Origin: Octopus vulgaris
Lineage: Eukaryota
Length of the DNA stretch: 64,000 nucleotides
Assembly (NCBI GenBank): GCA_951406725.2
Contig: OX597819.1
Coordinates: 31,124,001-31,188,000 of the forward strand
Reading direction: 5' to 3'
Shown here: positions 41,706 to 54,000 of the stretch, one piece after another
Layout: each line of letters begins with the position of its first letter
Numbering within the stretch: the stretch's first letter is position 1
Position numbers and translations under genes: made by a program
The notes under the pieces: model-generated
Seen by the model: the letters and a program-made list of their open reading frames with translations, nothing else
The model's database searches: none
What the model was told of the DNA's origin: nothing

Positions 41706-42287
41706 AGTTGATAGAAATGGGCAACTGCAAATCAATGAGAGACCATCATACAGATACACACACATCATCATCATTATCATTATTTTAACATTTACCTTTC
41801 CATGCTTGTATAGGGTAGGTAGCATTTGTTGAGGTGGATTTTTCCATGGTTGGATGCACTTTCTGTCACCAACCATTACCGGTTTCCATTCATGACCAGA
41901 CATGTTTTCACAGAAGATTGGAAATGACAGACACTGCTTGTATGACAGTGACATTTGTTTACAACTATCACACAAGTTAAGGCAAGGAAACAATAACACA
42001 AACACACACAACAGGCCTCTTTCATTTCCCTTGACCAAATGCACTCATAAAGACTTTTGTCAGCCTGGGGCTATAGCAGAAGACACTTGCATAAAGTGCA
42101 CACAGTAGGACTGAACCGCAAGCCAAATGGTTGGGAAGCAAGCTTCTTACTACTTCAATAAAATATAGAATGATAAAACATGCAGTGAAGTATGATGCTA
42201 TCAACAGAAAAGCTTTGAAGGTAGTGCTCCAGCATGGCCACAGTCCAATAAGTGAAACTAGTTACAGAATACATAAATGAAATTTAC

Positions 42288-42499
42288 CTTAGTGTCAGTA
42301 GCTTCACTACGATAGAGAATTGTTTGAAGCATGGTGCCTTTAGTTGTCTGAGCTCTTAGATGGGGGTTTTTCTGTTCAAATTGCTGCTCAAGAAATGTCA
42401 TGGCCAACCTTGCATTTTCCTTCACCATGTCACTGTGTTCAATTGATTCATAATGACCTTCTAAGTTACCACGGACTAAGCCATCCAACTCATTAATTA
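42288..42499 (-). CDS. SMG6: SMG6 PIN domain exon 2
   Basis: cattgcag|TA ATT AAT GAG...AAG|gtaaat; 212 nt, phase 1/0; VINELDGL...FLEQQFE...LRAQTTKG...YRSE. Confidence 0.95.
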
Positions 42500-42605
42500 C
42501 TGCAATGAAAATAAAGAAAACAACAGGTGAGACACACACAATTATAACTCTGTCATTATAATCATCATTATTTATCATATACATATATATATATATATAC
42601 ACACA

Positions 42606-43375
42606 CAGGGTGCAGTGAATATATTTTGTCAAAATTACGCAAAAATTTTAACAGGTATATTTACCAAAATTACATGAAAATATCTTGAAATACTAGAGTA
42701 AATATATTCAATAAAATCGCCACTGGGTTCAACCACGGCCTCCAGACAACTTCGAAATTTCCTGCAACTCATTTGGACAGCCTCCTTGTTTAAGTTAGGG
42801 AATGATACCATAATCCTTGCCTTCAGTTCATCTTTGTTGTTACAAGGAGTTTTGTTGGTCTCTTGCTCAACTGCACTCCACACATAATAATCAAGGCGGT
42901 TGCAGTCTGGGGAGTTAGGTAGCCAGATGTTAGGAGTGATGTGGTTGCAAAAATTGTCTGACAGCCATGACTGGGTTCTCTTGTGTGGCATGGTGCAGAG
43001 TCCTGTTGCCAGACATAGGGTCTTCCAGAAGTCACCCTCTTGACCCAGGGCAATGTTCATCATTTTCAACCTTCTGTGAAAACCCTCTTGAGCCAGGACA
43101 GCACTACTTTCTCCAGGCACTTGAAGCAGGCCTTGTGTTGAGTCTGAGGCCATGTGGGAAGATGAACGGAAATATAACGTTGCCATCACTAGTGATCACT
43201 TCAAACACCATGACGTTGACTGGATGTTTGACTTTTATCATTCTCAGTACATATACTCAGATTGCACTGTCCTCAGATTGACACCAAAATACTCTGAAAT
43301 ATTCATATTGGAGCTTCTGGTACAAATGCTAAGCAATACAGTATGTTGTTTCCAAATTTCTGGCAGAGTGAATAA
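42606..43375 (-). mobile_element. Degraded Tc1/mariner-superfamily element of maT/DD37D type, frameshifted and internally deleted
   Basis: RPYVWQQDSAPCHT and WLPNSPDCNRLDYYVW...LEAVVEPSGDFIE in different frames; terminal CAGGGTG at 42606. Confidence 0.8.
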
Positions 43376-43703
43376 TGAAGTGTATCCTAGGTAATTCCGT
43401 ACCCAACAGTTAAGCATACAATCCCAGGTAATCTTATAAAAGCAACTCTCAGCGGAGTCAAACCACAGAAGCTCAGGAAATTAGAGAGTACTTGCCATGT
43501 CAGTGTTCTTTTTTGAGTTTAACTGAGATAAAGTAAAAAAGAGAGACACAGTTCTCATTGCTGAATCAATCTGCATTTAGATTAAGTTAGGATCAAAGAA
43601 ATTGCTTAGCTGTTGCTAGCAATATCCATAAAAACAGAAGAAGAAAAGTAGCCTAGTTTGTTAAAATATATTATTTTCAAATAGTTGATATATAAAAAAA
43701 TTT

Positions 43704-44113
43704 GGATCTTTTCGGTTTGAACGGCAGTTTTTCTAGCGGTGTCATATGAAATTGTCACCCATAATTATGACCCTAGTATCGATCTATTGCATTTCAATCT
43801 GTTTTAGGGTTAGGGGTGGGGGAAGGGTATCTTTTTTTCTTCACAAATGTAAATAAACCCAATCTGTTTCTTAAACGAGGGACATATTTATACGGCACAG
43901 AATGTTTTTTTTACCTCAATGTACGTCAGTGATTGGTTGAAATTGCAGAAATTGAAGAAAAAAACAACAAATATCTTACAAACCATAGAATTTTCTCAAT
44001 AAAGCCAAGAGAAAAAGATGTTTTATAAACACATTCTACCAGAATACGAAGTTTAAAATTTTTTAATTACCTAGAAATTATGTTAAAAACGGCCGTTCAA
44101 ACCGAAAAGATCC
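43704..44113. mobile_element. Second copy of the same MITE, opposite orientation
   Basis: TIRs GGATCTTTTCGGTTTGAACGGC / GCCGTTCAAACCGAAAAGATCC; internal TTAGGGTTAGGG; reverse complement of 13615-14018. Confidence 0.85.
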
Positions 44114-45430
44114 CAAATTTTTTTTAATATACAGAGAGTCATGTTTGTTGCATCAAATTCACAGGAACAACTAACAGTGGGAACAGTCTTCAGTTGGTGA
44201 TTTTAAATTGCTAAGACCATTCATTCAAAGTAGGAGGAAATTTGTGACTTAGTAAGTTACGTATCATAATTACAGCTGTAAGTAAAGCAAGTGACGGCTA
44301 TAGTGTATCAGTTATACTGTCTCTCTCTCCTCTCCATTGCTATCACCACCACTACCATTATCATCATAAGTTGGATGAGGCTTTTTAAGGCAGTGTTTCA
44401 TAGTGGGATGTTCCACCTGATGCCAACCTTTTTTTTTTTGTTGCTTCATAATGTTTTAAAAGGACTCAGAGTACAATTCTAAAAACTGAGAAACACAATG
44501 TGTGTGTGTGTGTGTGTGCGCGTTAATGAGTGTGTGATCATTGTCATTTTAACATCCACTTTTCCATCCTTTATGGGTTTGATGGAATTTGTTGAGGCAA
44601 ATTTACTATGGCTAGATGCCATTCCTTTCATTAACCCTCACCCCCCCCCCCCCCATGGCTAGGCATGCTTGCACTACTAAAAAGTGGAAACAAAGCCATA
44701 CTACTCATACAACATTTACAACTATGGTACAATGTAAAGACGAAGACACATACACACGACAGACTTCTTTCAATTTGTCTACCAAATACACTCACAAGGT
44801 TTTGGCCAGCCCGGGGCTATAATAGAAGAAAGACACTTGCCCAAAGTGTGATGCAGTGCAACTAACTAAAAAAACCATGTGATTACAAAATAAGCTTCTT
44901 AATCACAGTCGTGTCTGCATCTATTGGAGAGAGAGAGAGAGAGAATATGAGTAGAAGGAAAGAAGTTTGAAGGAGACTTCCACCTCAGCTGGTAACATAG
45001 GTTTCTTTTTCTGTAAACAAGCAAACAAACAAAGTCACACACAGAAGTATCTTTTCCAGGTAACGAGGGGAAAACAGATTTTAAAGCAAAACATCATAAT
45101 GCTTAACCCTTGTTTTGAATTAATCAACAATTTGATTGTTTATTTTCACAGTGATGTTGTAGGCTAAGTATGAGAGGTTGGATCTGGCCAGTTTGAACAT
45201 AAAATGGGTAGGATGTTTGGGCCAGTTATGACCAGTTTAAGTGCTAAAGGCTTAATAATGAACATTAATATGTTGCTTCAAGAAAAATAATTTACTGCCA
45301 AGACACCATTAAAGATGTACATCTTCAGTGTTTTAGTGGATGTATAACATATTGATAAATCCATAAATTATTAATAGTGCACACAACAATTATAGTAGCA
45401 AGTCGAGAGCCTCCTATCTTTATCTTTTAT

Positions 45431-45797
45431 TTTTCACTTGTTTCACTTGTGACTGAAGGTTTAGTCACAAAAAAATTGACTCCAGTACTTTTTTTTTTTG
45501 AAGACTGGTACTTATTCTATTGGTTACTTTTGCTGAACTGCTAAGTTATGGGGACATTAACAACCCAACACAAGTTGTCAAGATAAACACACACACATGT
45601 GTGTATGTGCGTATATATATATACACAATGAACTTGTTTCAGTTTCTGTCTACCAAATTCACTCACAAAGCTTTAGTTGACCTTTGGCTATAGTAGAGGA
45701 CGCTTGCCCAACGTGCCATGCCATGCAGTTGGTACTGAACCCAGAACCATGTGGTTGAGAAGCACACTTTTTACCACACAGCCACACCAATGCCTAT
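45431..45797 (-). mobile_element. SINE family A, diverged copy
   Basis: Same head, body and tail motifs in reverse orientation. Confidence 0.75.
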
Positions 45798-46368
45798 GAC
45801 CAATAGTAAAACACTTTAGCAGTGTTAGGGTAGATTAGTACAGCAAATATCTCATTATAAACAATAGCATAAAAACTATAACATTACATGTGTTAAAGAC
45901 TAATCCATTTAGTTGGGATCACATTTACAAGAGATCAAATTCACTGAAAGATCACCTTTGATTACAGCATAGAGAATATGTTGCATGTACACTGGGTTCC
46001 TTGCATGGTCAAACAGGTGACTAAAAAGCTAGCAACAGACAAGGTGTGTGACCATAAAACATTGCCTCAGAAAAATTGTCCAACCCATATCAGCATAGAT
46101 AAATGCATGTAAAACACTGACGATGATGAACCCGGCACAAATGTAAAACAAACAAGTACATTCATAAAGAGAAGCTAGTTCAGTGCTCTAACGAATTAAA
46201 TTGTGCTGTTAAGCTATATATTTCATCTTCATTCATGTTCTAAATTTCAGATTTAAGAAGGAAAGGGAAGGCACTTTCAATGAAATTCATTGGTTTATTT
46301 AATTCTACAGTAAATAAACAACTAGTATTTATGTAACAACTGGCTGTAACGGTACAGCATGTACTCAC

Positions 46369-46519
46369 CAATTAGTGGAACGGAGATAGTGTAATTTTCA
46401 CTAAAAATTAGTTTCTGTAAACCAAGCAGATGATCAATGAAGCAGTTGGTATCTGGCACAAGGTATACAGGTTGGATTTCAATCTCAATACAACAGTTTC
46501 TCTGTTTGCGCAAGAGAGC
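46369..46519 (-). CDS. SMG6: SMG6 PIN domain exon 1
   Basis: tatttcag|GCT...ATT G|gtgagt; 151 nt, phase 0/1; LVPDTNCFIDHL contains the first catalytic Asp of the PIN domain. Confidence 0.95.
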
Positions 46520-46807
46520 CTGAAATAAATACACTTTAGCTATGAGGACATTGACATTGGAGATGAAAATGAAAGAAAAAATAAAATGACAGGTTAACCA
46601 CAAAATTTGAAAATTCAAGGTTAGCTTCAATGAAATACATAATCCAGACTCAAAATGAAGATGTGGTTGTTTCTTTAACGGTAGCTCAAACTAAAAGCAA
46701 AACTGAAAATAACTGAAAGACAGTGAGGCATGGGTTATACATAAACATCAAAAAAGTGGGGAATTTAGATTGGGAATAATAATAATAATAATAATGTTAT
46801 ATTTAAT

Positions 46808-48006
46808 TGAAATTTAATCATCAATGTACTTTCCCTGATTATTTATGACTTCCTTCCATCTATTTACAAGTTTTTTAATCCTATCAATGTAAAACTTTTT
46901 TGGTTTCAAAGTGAAGAACTCTGAAATGTCAGTTTTGACCTCCTCCTGGCTTGCAAAAGTTATGCCCCCCAAATGATTCTGTAAACTATGAAACAAATAG
47001 TAGTCTGAAGGAGCAAGGTCGGGAGAATAAGGTGGATGAGGAATTTTTCCCCAACCAAGCTCTTCAATCTTCTGTGATGTGATATTTGCAGTGTGGGGTC
47101 GCGCATTGTCCTGATGAAACATTACACCTTTTTGATTCACTAAAGTGGGTCTTTTTTTCTTCAAAACCTGGTTCAGACATTCTAATTGCTGACAGTAGAC
47201 TTGAGCATTGATTGTTGCATTAGGTGGTAACAATTCCAAGTGAATTACTCCTTTGCAATCCCACCACATAGAGGGAACCTTTTTCCCATGAAGTTCCCTT
47301 CTCAGTTGTGGTTGAACTTTTTCCCTTTTACCAAGCCACTGTTTATGACATTTAACATTTTGATAGAAGATCCATTTTTCATCACCAGTCACAAGTCTAT
47401 CCAAAAATGGTGAAATGAGTTTGCAAGAATGGAGAGAAAAGCAGATGTCAACTAGGGATTTGCAGTTGTTTTCAGACAAATCATGAGGCAACCGTTTTCC
47501 AAGTTGTTGAAGATGATGATGAACAGTTGTATAGTTTGAACTAAGCTTTATTGCCAATTCTTCAACAGATAATGCAGAATTTTCTTCAAGTAATGCTACA
47601 AGAAGCTTATCATCAAACTCAACTGGATGTCCTGTTCGATCTTCATCTTCAAGGCTGAAATCTCCACTTCTGAATTTTGCAAACCATCTTCTGCAAGTTC
47701 TTTCATTCAGGCATTCTTTCCCATAACCTGAGTGTATGTTTCGAGTTGCTTTGGCTGCAGAGTTTCCTATTTTGTACTCATAAAGTATTATGTGCCTCAA
47801 ATGTTCTTTCAATACTTCCATGTTAGAAAGGGTCTTAATCAAAGAAATTTTAATTCTATTATTCTGTAAAATAATATTTAATTAGTTTAAATGTACACAA
47901 ATGCATAAAAATAATTTTTAATCCTGTTAGACATTCTAAAATACTATTAAATTTCATTCAATTTTAAAAAAGGTAAAATCGGACAGAACTTATGGGATGA
48001 CCTGAT
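46808..48006 (-). mobile_element. Mariner element in SMG6 intron; 5' TIR present, 3' TIR missing
   Basis: TIR-like ATCAGGTCATCCCATAAGTTCTGTCCG at about 48006-47980 on the minus strand; no matching repeat after the stop codon, where an (ATT)n tract follows. Confidence 0.8.
46814..47821 (-). CDS. Mariner transposase, uninterrupted ORF of about 335 aa from ATG 47821
   Basis: N-terminal HTH region (LRHIILYEY...RRWFAKFRSGDFSLED), catalytic motifs TGDEKW, HQDNARPH, YSPDLAPSDYYLF; WVPHEL motif eroded to RLPHDL. Confidence 0.9.
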   Translation of the reverse strand: MEVLKEHLRHIILYEYKIGNSAAKATRNIHSGYGKECLNERTCRRWFAKFRSGDFSLEDEDRTGHPVEFDDKLLVALLEENSALSVEELAIKLSSNYTTVHHHLQQLGKRLPHDLSENNCKSLVDICFSLHSCKLISPFLDRLVTGDEKWIFYQNVKCHKQWLGKREKVQPQLRRELHGKKVPSMWWDCKGVIHLELLPPNATINAQVYCQQLECLNQVLKKKRPTLVNQKGVMFHQDNARPHTANITSQKIEELGWGKIPHPPYSPDLAPSDYYLFHSLQNHLGGITFASQEEVKTDISEFFTLKPKKFYIDRIKKLVNRWKEVINNQGKYIDD

Positions 48007-48375
48007 GTATCAATATATGTAACCAAGACTTTACAAAATCTTTTGGTTCAATCTAAAATTATAGCAAAACCTTAAAATTCCAATTTTGATATACTCAGAT
48101 AATTTAAAAAAAAAAAAAAAAGGGGGCATTTATTTTCATTTTGAATGCCATCTTGGTGCAAAACCCTGAGCTCTTGCTATGTTGCTCTTCCCAGCTCTCA
48201 TTCACTGCAATCACATCCTATTCTTTTTCTTGTTTTCCATTTTAAACTTAAATTCACTTCTTTGTCACTTTCACCCACTAGTCTAACTCACACTGATTTT
48301 CACTGTGATGGCAATATTGTTATAGCAATTATAATTTAAAAAACAAAAACAAATGAAGGATTTATTCTTTATATA

Positions 48376-48546
48376 GGCGCAGGAGTGGCTGTGTGGTAAG
48401 TAGCTTGCTAATCAACCACATGGTTCCGGGTTCAGTCCCACTGCGTGGCATCTTGGGCAAGTGTCTTTAGCTATAGCCCTGGGCCGACCAATGCCTTGTG
48501 AGTGGATTTGGTAGATGGAAACTGAAAGAAGCCTGTCGTATATATG

Positions 48547-48591
<45 letters not shown>

Positions 48592-48787
48592 CTGTGTTTG
48601 TCCCCCCAACATCGCTTGACAACCGATGCTGGTGTGTTTACGTCCCCGTAACTTAGCAGTTCGGCAAAAGAGACCGATAGAATAAGTACTGGGCTTACAA
48701 AGAATAAGTCCCGGGGTCGATTTTCTCGACTAAAGGCAGTGCTCCAGCATGGTCGCAGTCAAATGACTGAAACAAGTAAATAGAGTA
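48376..48787 (+). mobile_element. SINE family A, full length
   Basis: Near-identical to 11896-12257 and to the reverse complement of 3185-3585. Confidence 0.85.
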
Positions 48788-50705
48788 TATAGCAAGGAAA
48801 ACAAATCAAAGTACTTTCATGCCTCACTATTTTATAACTTAGAAATTTCCTTTTAAAAGTTTAAACCTCTTAGTATTCAGATCACTCTATCAATTGTAAT
48901 GCTTATTTATTCACATTATTTAGAATTAATCATGAATTATATTGTATATTTTTAGAATGACATTGTAGTGTGAGTGTGAGAGGCCAGTTTGAAGATAAAA
49001 CAGATAAAATATATTGTCTGGATATGGCCAGATTAAATGCTAAAAGGTTAAAAGCTATAAAATACTTTTTAGTTATCTCATTATTTATTTATTTTAATCC
49101 TTCTTTAAAATGTTTAAAAGTTTATTTCACTAATTTTTCTTATCACTTCCCTTTCATATTTCATGTTTTAGAAGTTTCTATCCTTCTTTAAAAATTAAGA
49201 CAAGACATTTATACAAAATGGTGAGATAATATATAGATTAGAAAAACTAGGAGAAACACTGCTTTGAGGGTGCTGTTTCTCCTAGATTTTCTTTATCTTA
49301 GGACTGTCACCTGCCTACAAGATCATCAGACAAGAGGTTATCCCAATTTCCATGGTGTGTAAGAAACCAAGAATCTAATACTCCTCTCACTCATGATGAG
49401 GACACCAATCTGCTGTAGGATTAACTTCCAGCTGTTGCTGATACTCATTTTCAGCTGCAGAGAGGAGTGAAGCAACATGAAATAAAGTGGTTTACTCAAG
49501 AACACAGTGTGCTACCTAGTCTCAGAATCGAAACCACTATCAGGAGTCGATCAATCTAACCACTAGACCATGTACATTCACAGCTATTATGGTATAGTAC
49601 CACACACACACACATATAAAAATCATATTTAATCTGTAAAATGGCTATGTTCACTGTTATTTGCTGTTAAGAAAAAATTCTCACTTTAGGCAACAGGTGT
49701 TAAAAGATCAGCCATTTCATGGCCGCCCACTGGCAAAGACTTCCTAAATCATTTCAGGGTTGTTTCTCATGCAGTACACAGTGCTGATGATAGCTAAGAA
49801 GCTAGGAGTGCATCCATCAGATGCCCTTCCATTTTACTAACCCTTAATTGTTTTACGAGTAAGGGATCTCTTATTTCATATATCTACAAAAGTGATGCAA
49901 AGTAAGTGAACGATTTGTTGGTAGGAGAAGTGACAGAAACACTACCAACTTGTGTAAAGGCTTGTGGCCTTTACACAGTGCAAATATAAACAAACACACA
50001 AATGCACACATCTAAATTTGGTAGAACTGGATAAATAGAACTTAATACATGAGTATATGTACTTCATTATTTTCATCAGCAGAAATCACAAAGTGACTCA
50101 AAGGCCAAAAGTTTTATGCACAGGTAAGTGATATACACGAAACACTCGAACCCTGAGTCACAGTGTAACTTTTGCCTATCAAAATAATAAAATACATATA
50201 CATAGTTTCCAGCCACCAATTCTTTCACAGTTGACTAGATGCCTGGCTTTAACAAAGATGCCTATGATAAAGGAATCTGTACTAATATAAAATGTGAAAG
50301 GAATACATAGTGTACTGGATTGTTGCCACGCTGGAGCACTACCTTCAAGGGGCATTTAATTAATTGTACTGACCTCAGTACTTGGGTACTTACTTTATCA
50401 GCCTCAGAGGATGATGAAAAGCATAGCCAAATAGGCATTTGAGAGGACATAATTGAGATGGAGCCAAATACCACAAAGACTAAGCATTTTCATTCAACAT
50501 ACTTGGTCCTGCTATTCCACACCACTAGGCACTTACACACACATTATTCCACAGGTTTCTGCACAGTTTATGCCTGCTAGATTTCACTCACAACGCTCTG
50601 GTCAGTCCTAGGTGTTGTGCAGTGAGATTGAACTTGAAGACAAATGGCTGCAAACTAATCTTTCTTAACCAAATAGTTATAAACACTAACCTTTATTATT
50701 ATTAA

Positions 50706-50753
<48 letters not shown>

Positions 50754-50869
50754 GACGGTGAGCTAGGAGAGTTGCTAGCACACCGGGAAAAATGCTAAGT
50801 GGCATTTCATCTGTTACTACATTCTGAGTTCAAATTCTGCCAAGGTTAACTTTGCCTTTCATAAATTAA

Positions 50870-51087
50870 CCCTTTAGTGTTTAAACCGGCTATATCCGGC
50901 CCATATATTCTACTCATTTTATGCTCAAACTGGCCAGAACCAGTATCTCACACCTACCCTGCAATGTCATTCTAAAAATAAACAATTACATCTTTCAAAT
51001 CTTGAAGCTACAAGATAATACCAGGTTAATGTTTTAAAATGTAAATGAATAAGGATTACTTCTGACATTAATTTGAACACTAAAGGG
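50870..51087. mobile_element. piggyBac-like MITE inserted at a TTAA inside a SINE
   Basis: TTAA|CCCTTTAGTGTT...AACACTAAAGGG|TTAA; flanks rejoin as the SINE motif ataaattaagtaccag; related copies near 24815-25020, 45105-45255, 48865-49050, 57385-57556. Confidence 0.85.
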
Positions 51088-54000
51088 TTAAGTACCAGTA
51101 AAACACTAGGGTTGATTTAGTCGACTAGTCCCCTTCCCCCAAATTTCAGGCCTTGTGCCTTTAGTAGAAAGGAGTATTATCATTATTAAGGTGGTGAGCT
51201 GTCAGAATCGTTAGCATGCTGGATGAAATGCTTAGCAATATTTCAACTGTCACTACATTCTGAGTTCAAAATTCCGTCAAGGTCAACTTTGCCTTTCATC
51301 CTTTTGGAGTCAATAAATTAAGTACCAGTGAAACACTGGGGTTGATGTAATCGACTAGTCCCCTCCCACCAAATTTCAGCCTTGTGCCTAAGGTAGAAAG
51401 AATTATTATTATTAATTTACAGTTGCAATTTATTTTATTGTCAGAAAAAGAAAGAATAAAAACTTCAAACGTTGTCAATATATTAAATATTTGTTTCAAA
51501 AAAAAAAAAAAACATTTAGAAAAACTTTGGCTACCTTAAGAGAAAAACAGCAAGCAGAGTAAGCACAAACACACAGAATTTAGTTGACTAACCAATGTAC
51601 ATATCACTTCAAAAACAACCAGATTGATTATATTTAGCTGAACTTAACAATATCTAGTGCTAATATAACCACATTATCCACCATTACATTCAGAGTTCAA
51701 ATCCTGCCGAGGTTCACTTTGCCTTTAACATTTCTAGCGACGATAAAATAAGTAACAATTAAGCACTGGGGTTGATGTATTTAACTTCATTCCACCCCCG
51801 AAATTGCTGGCCTTGTGCCAAAATTTTAAACCAATATATCGATATTATATATGTATATTATAATGTACATATAAATATTTACAGGAATAACATCAATAAG
51901 CTTTTCCAGATTACTGATGTTTCCAAACCAGAGGTGGCCACCATTAAGGTAGACTAATATTAGATTTACTCAAATAGCTAAATGAAATATAGGTTCATCA
52001 TCATCATCATCATTTAACATCCGTTTTCCATGCTAGCATGGGTTGGACGGTTTTGACTGAGGGCTGGCAACCAGATGGCTGCACCAGGCTCCAGTCTTGA
52101 TCTGGCAGAGTTTCTACAGCTGGATGCCCTTCCTAACGCCAACCACTCCAAGAATGTAGTGGGTGGTTTTTACATGCCACCTGCACAGGGCCAATCAAGC
52201 ACACGTGCCACTGACACAGGTCCAGCGAAGCGACGTTGGTAACGATCACACTCGAATGGTGCCCTTTTACATGCCATGAGTATGGAAGCCGGTTGGCTGC
52301 TCTGGCAACGATCACGCTCAGATGGTGTTCTTGGCACCCTACTAGCACACGATCGGATGGTATTCTTGGCACCCTACTAGCACACCCTACTGGCACCCTA
52401 CTAGTTCCTGTAAATTAATGTAATTGATACAAGTTTGTTAAGATTGTACTATGCAAGGTATTGTGAGACAGGGCCAACCAACACATTAGTCTGGTGGCTG
52501 TGGAAATTTGAATTCCTGCTCATAAATTGACAATTGACAAATCCCTAAGTAAATATATATTATAGTACAAATATAAATGTACATTATAATATACATATAT
52601 ATTATAATGTACCTATAAATACATTTGTAACAGATATAAATTTATGTAATAATACACATAATTGTATATTATAATATGCATAAAGGTCTATTATGCTTAT
52701 ATATGCAAATTACAATCAGATTTTTCTAATAAAGACAAGAGACCCAAGCCCACCCCAATTCATTAATTTATAGTCAAGAGAAAATAGGAAAAACTTTCCA
52801 AAGTTTATTATTTGGCAGAAGCCATTGTTGTCTAAATACCAACAAAAGACAATTGTCAGAGATGGCCTCTTGCTCTGTTAATGAAAAAACCTACATAAAT
52901 TTATATATTTAAGATAGTGTTTTAGGTAGCGCTCTTTCTCTCTCACAACACATACACAGAAAGCAAAGTTGTTTATATGAAAAATACCCAAATATTTTGT
53001 GTAAAGTAATCAGACTACATGCAGTCAATTTGTGTTCATAATGTTAGAAGTTAGTCACATCAGTCATTATTCAATTAATGATTAGTTATAAGCACAACTT
53101 GAAAGCAATTAGATATAAATATTAAAATGCAGACAACAAAAACAGATCAAATTCATTGGTTATAATGTACACATATGTCAATATAATGAATGTGCATATG
53201 TTTTAATGGTTAAAAGGAATGTAGCAACTCTGAAAATGTTGGTCAAGCAGGCAATCACTGGTTAATCAAATCCTTTAAAAAAGAGGTTAAAAAGAAGCAG
53301 TGGGGAGATTAAAAAAAGGTTTTTGTTTCTTTTAATCTGAAATATATGCTTAAAATATTGAATATCCAACTATATCTCAATAAGAATGGGATCTGCACTG
53401 AGTAGGAAAATGAGATTTAGTAGAAAAAATACATGCTTTGAAGAACAGTAACAATCATGAAATGGTTTCATTAAGAAAACCTCCCAACTGAATTAATAAA
53501 AAAATTTTGTAATGATTTACTGGTATTTAGCGCTATGTCAGATATGAACATTGAGACTTGTGGTGAAAAGACATTCCAACCACGACCATTCTGCTTCTTG
53601 AGGCACAGTGTATCTGGAAGTACTTTGCTCAAGGTGTTCTTCTTTTTAATCCGTTACCATTCAAATAGGCTGTATCTGGACTAAATATTCTGCGGATGGT
53701 CATGCACTAACATTTTGCCCAGAGCTCCAGTGTAAATGGACATAGTTTTTTGTACGTAAGGTTTTCCATACTTTTTTAATCTTTTCATAAAAGTAAAAGG
53801 ACTTTGTCTATTAATTTATTTCCACTGGTGATTCAGTTGACTAGGAACAGAGTACATGATGAATATCGAATACCAAACTATCTTATTCTCCATATTTAAA
53901 CTGCATTAAACTTTGGCAAGCTTACCTTTACCTATTCTGAGTTACTTGAAAGGTGACGTTCCTTTCCCTCTCTTCTATTTGTTGATACCTTTGTTTACCT

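Noticed and set aside
43803-43815. TTAGGG repeats inside the gene for a telomerase-associated protein
   Set aside because: Only two units, and part of a MITE that also occurs outside the gene; coincidental.
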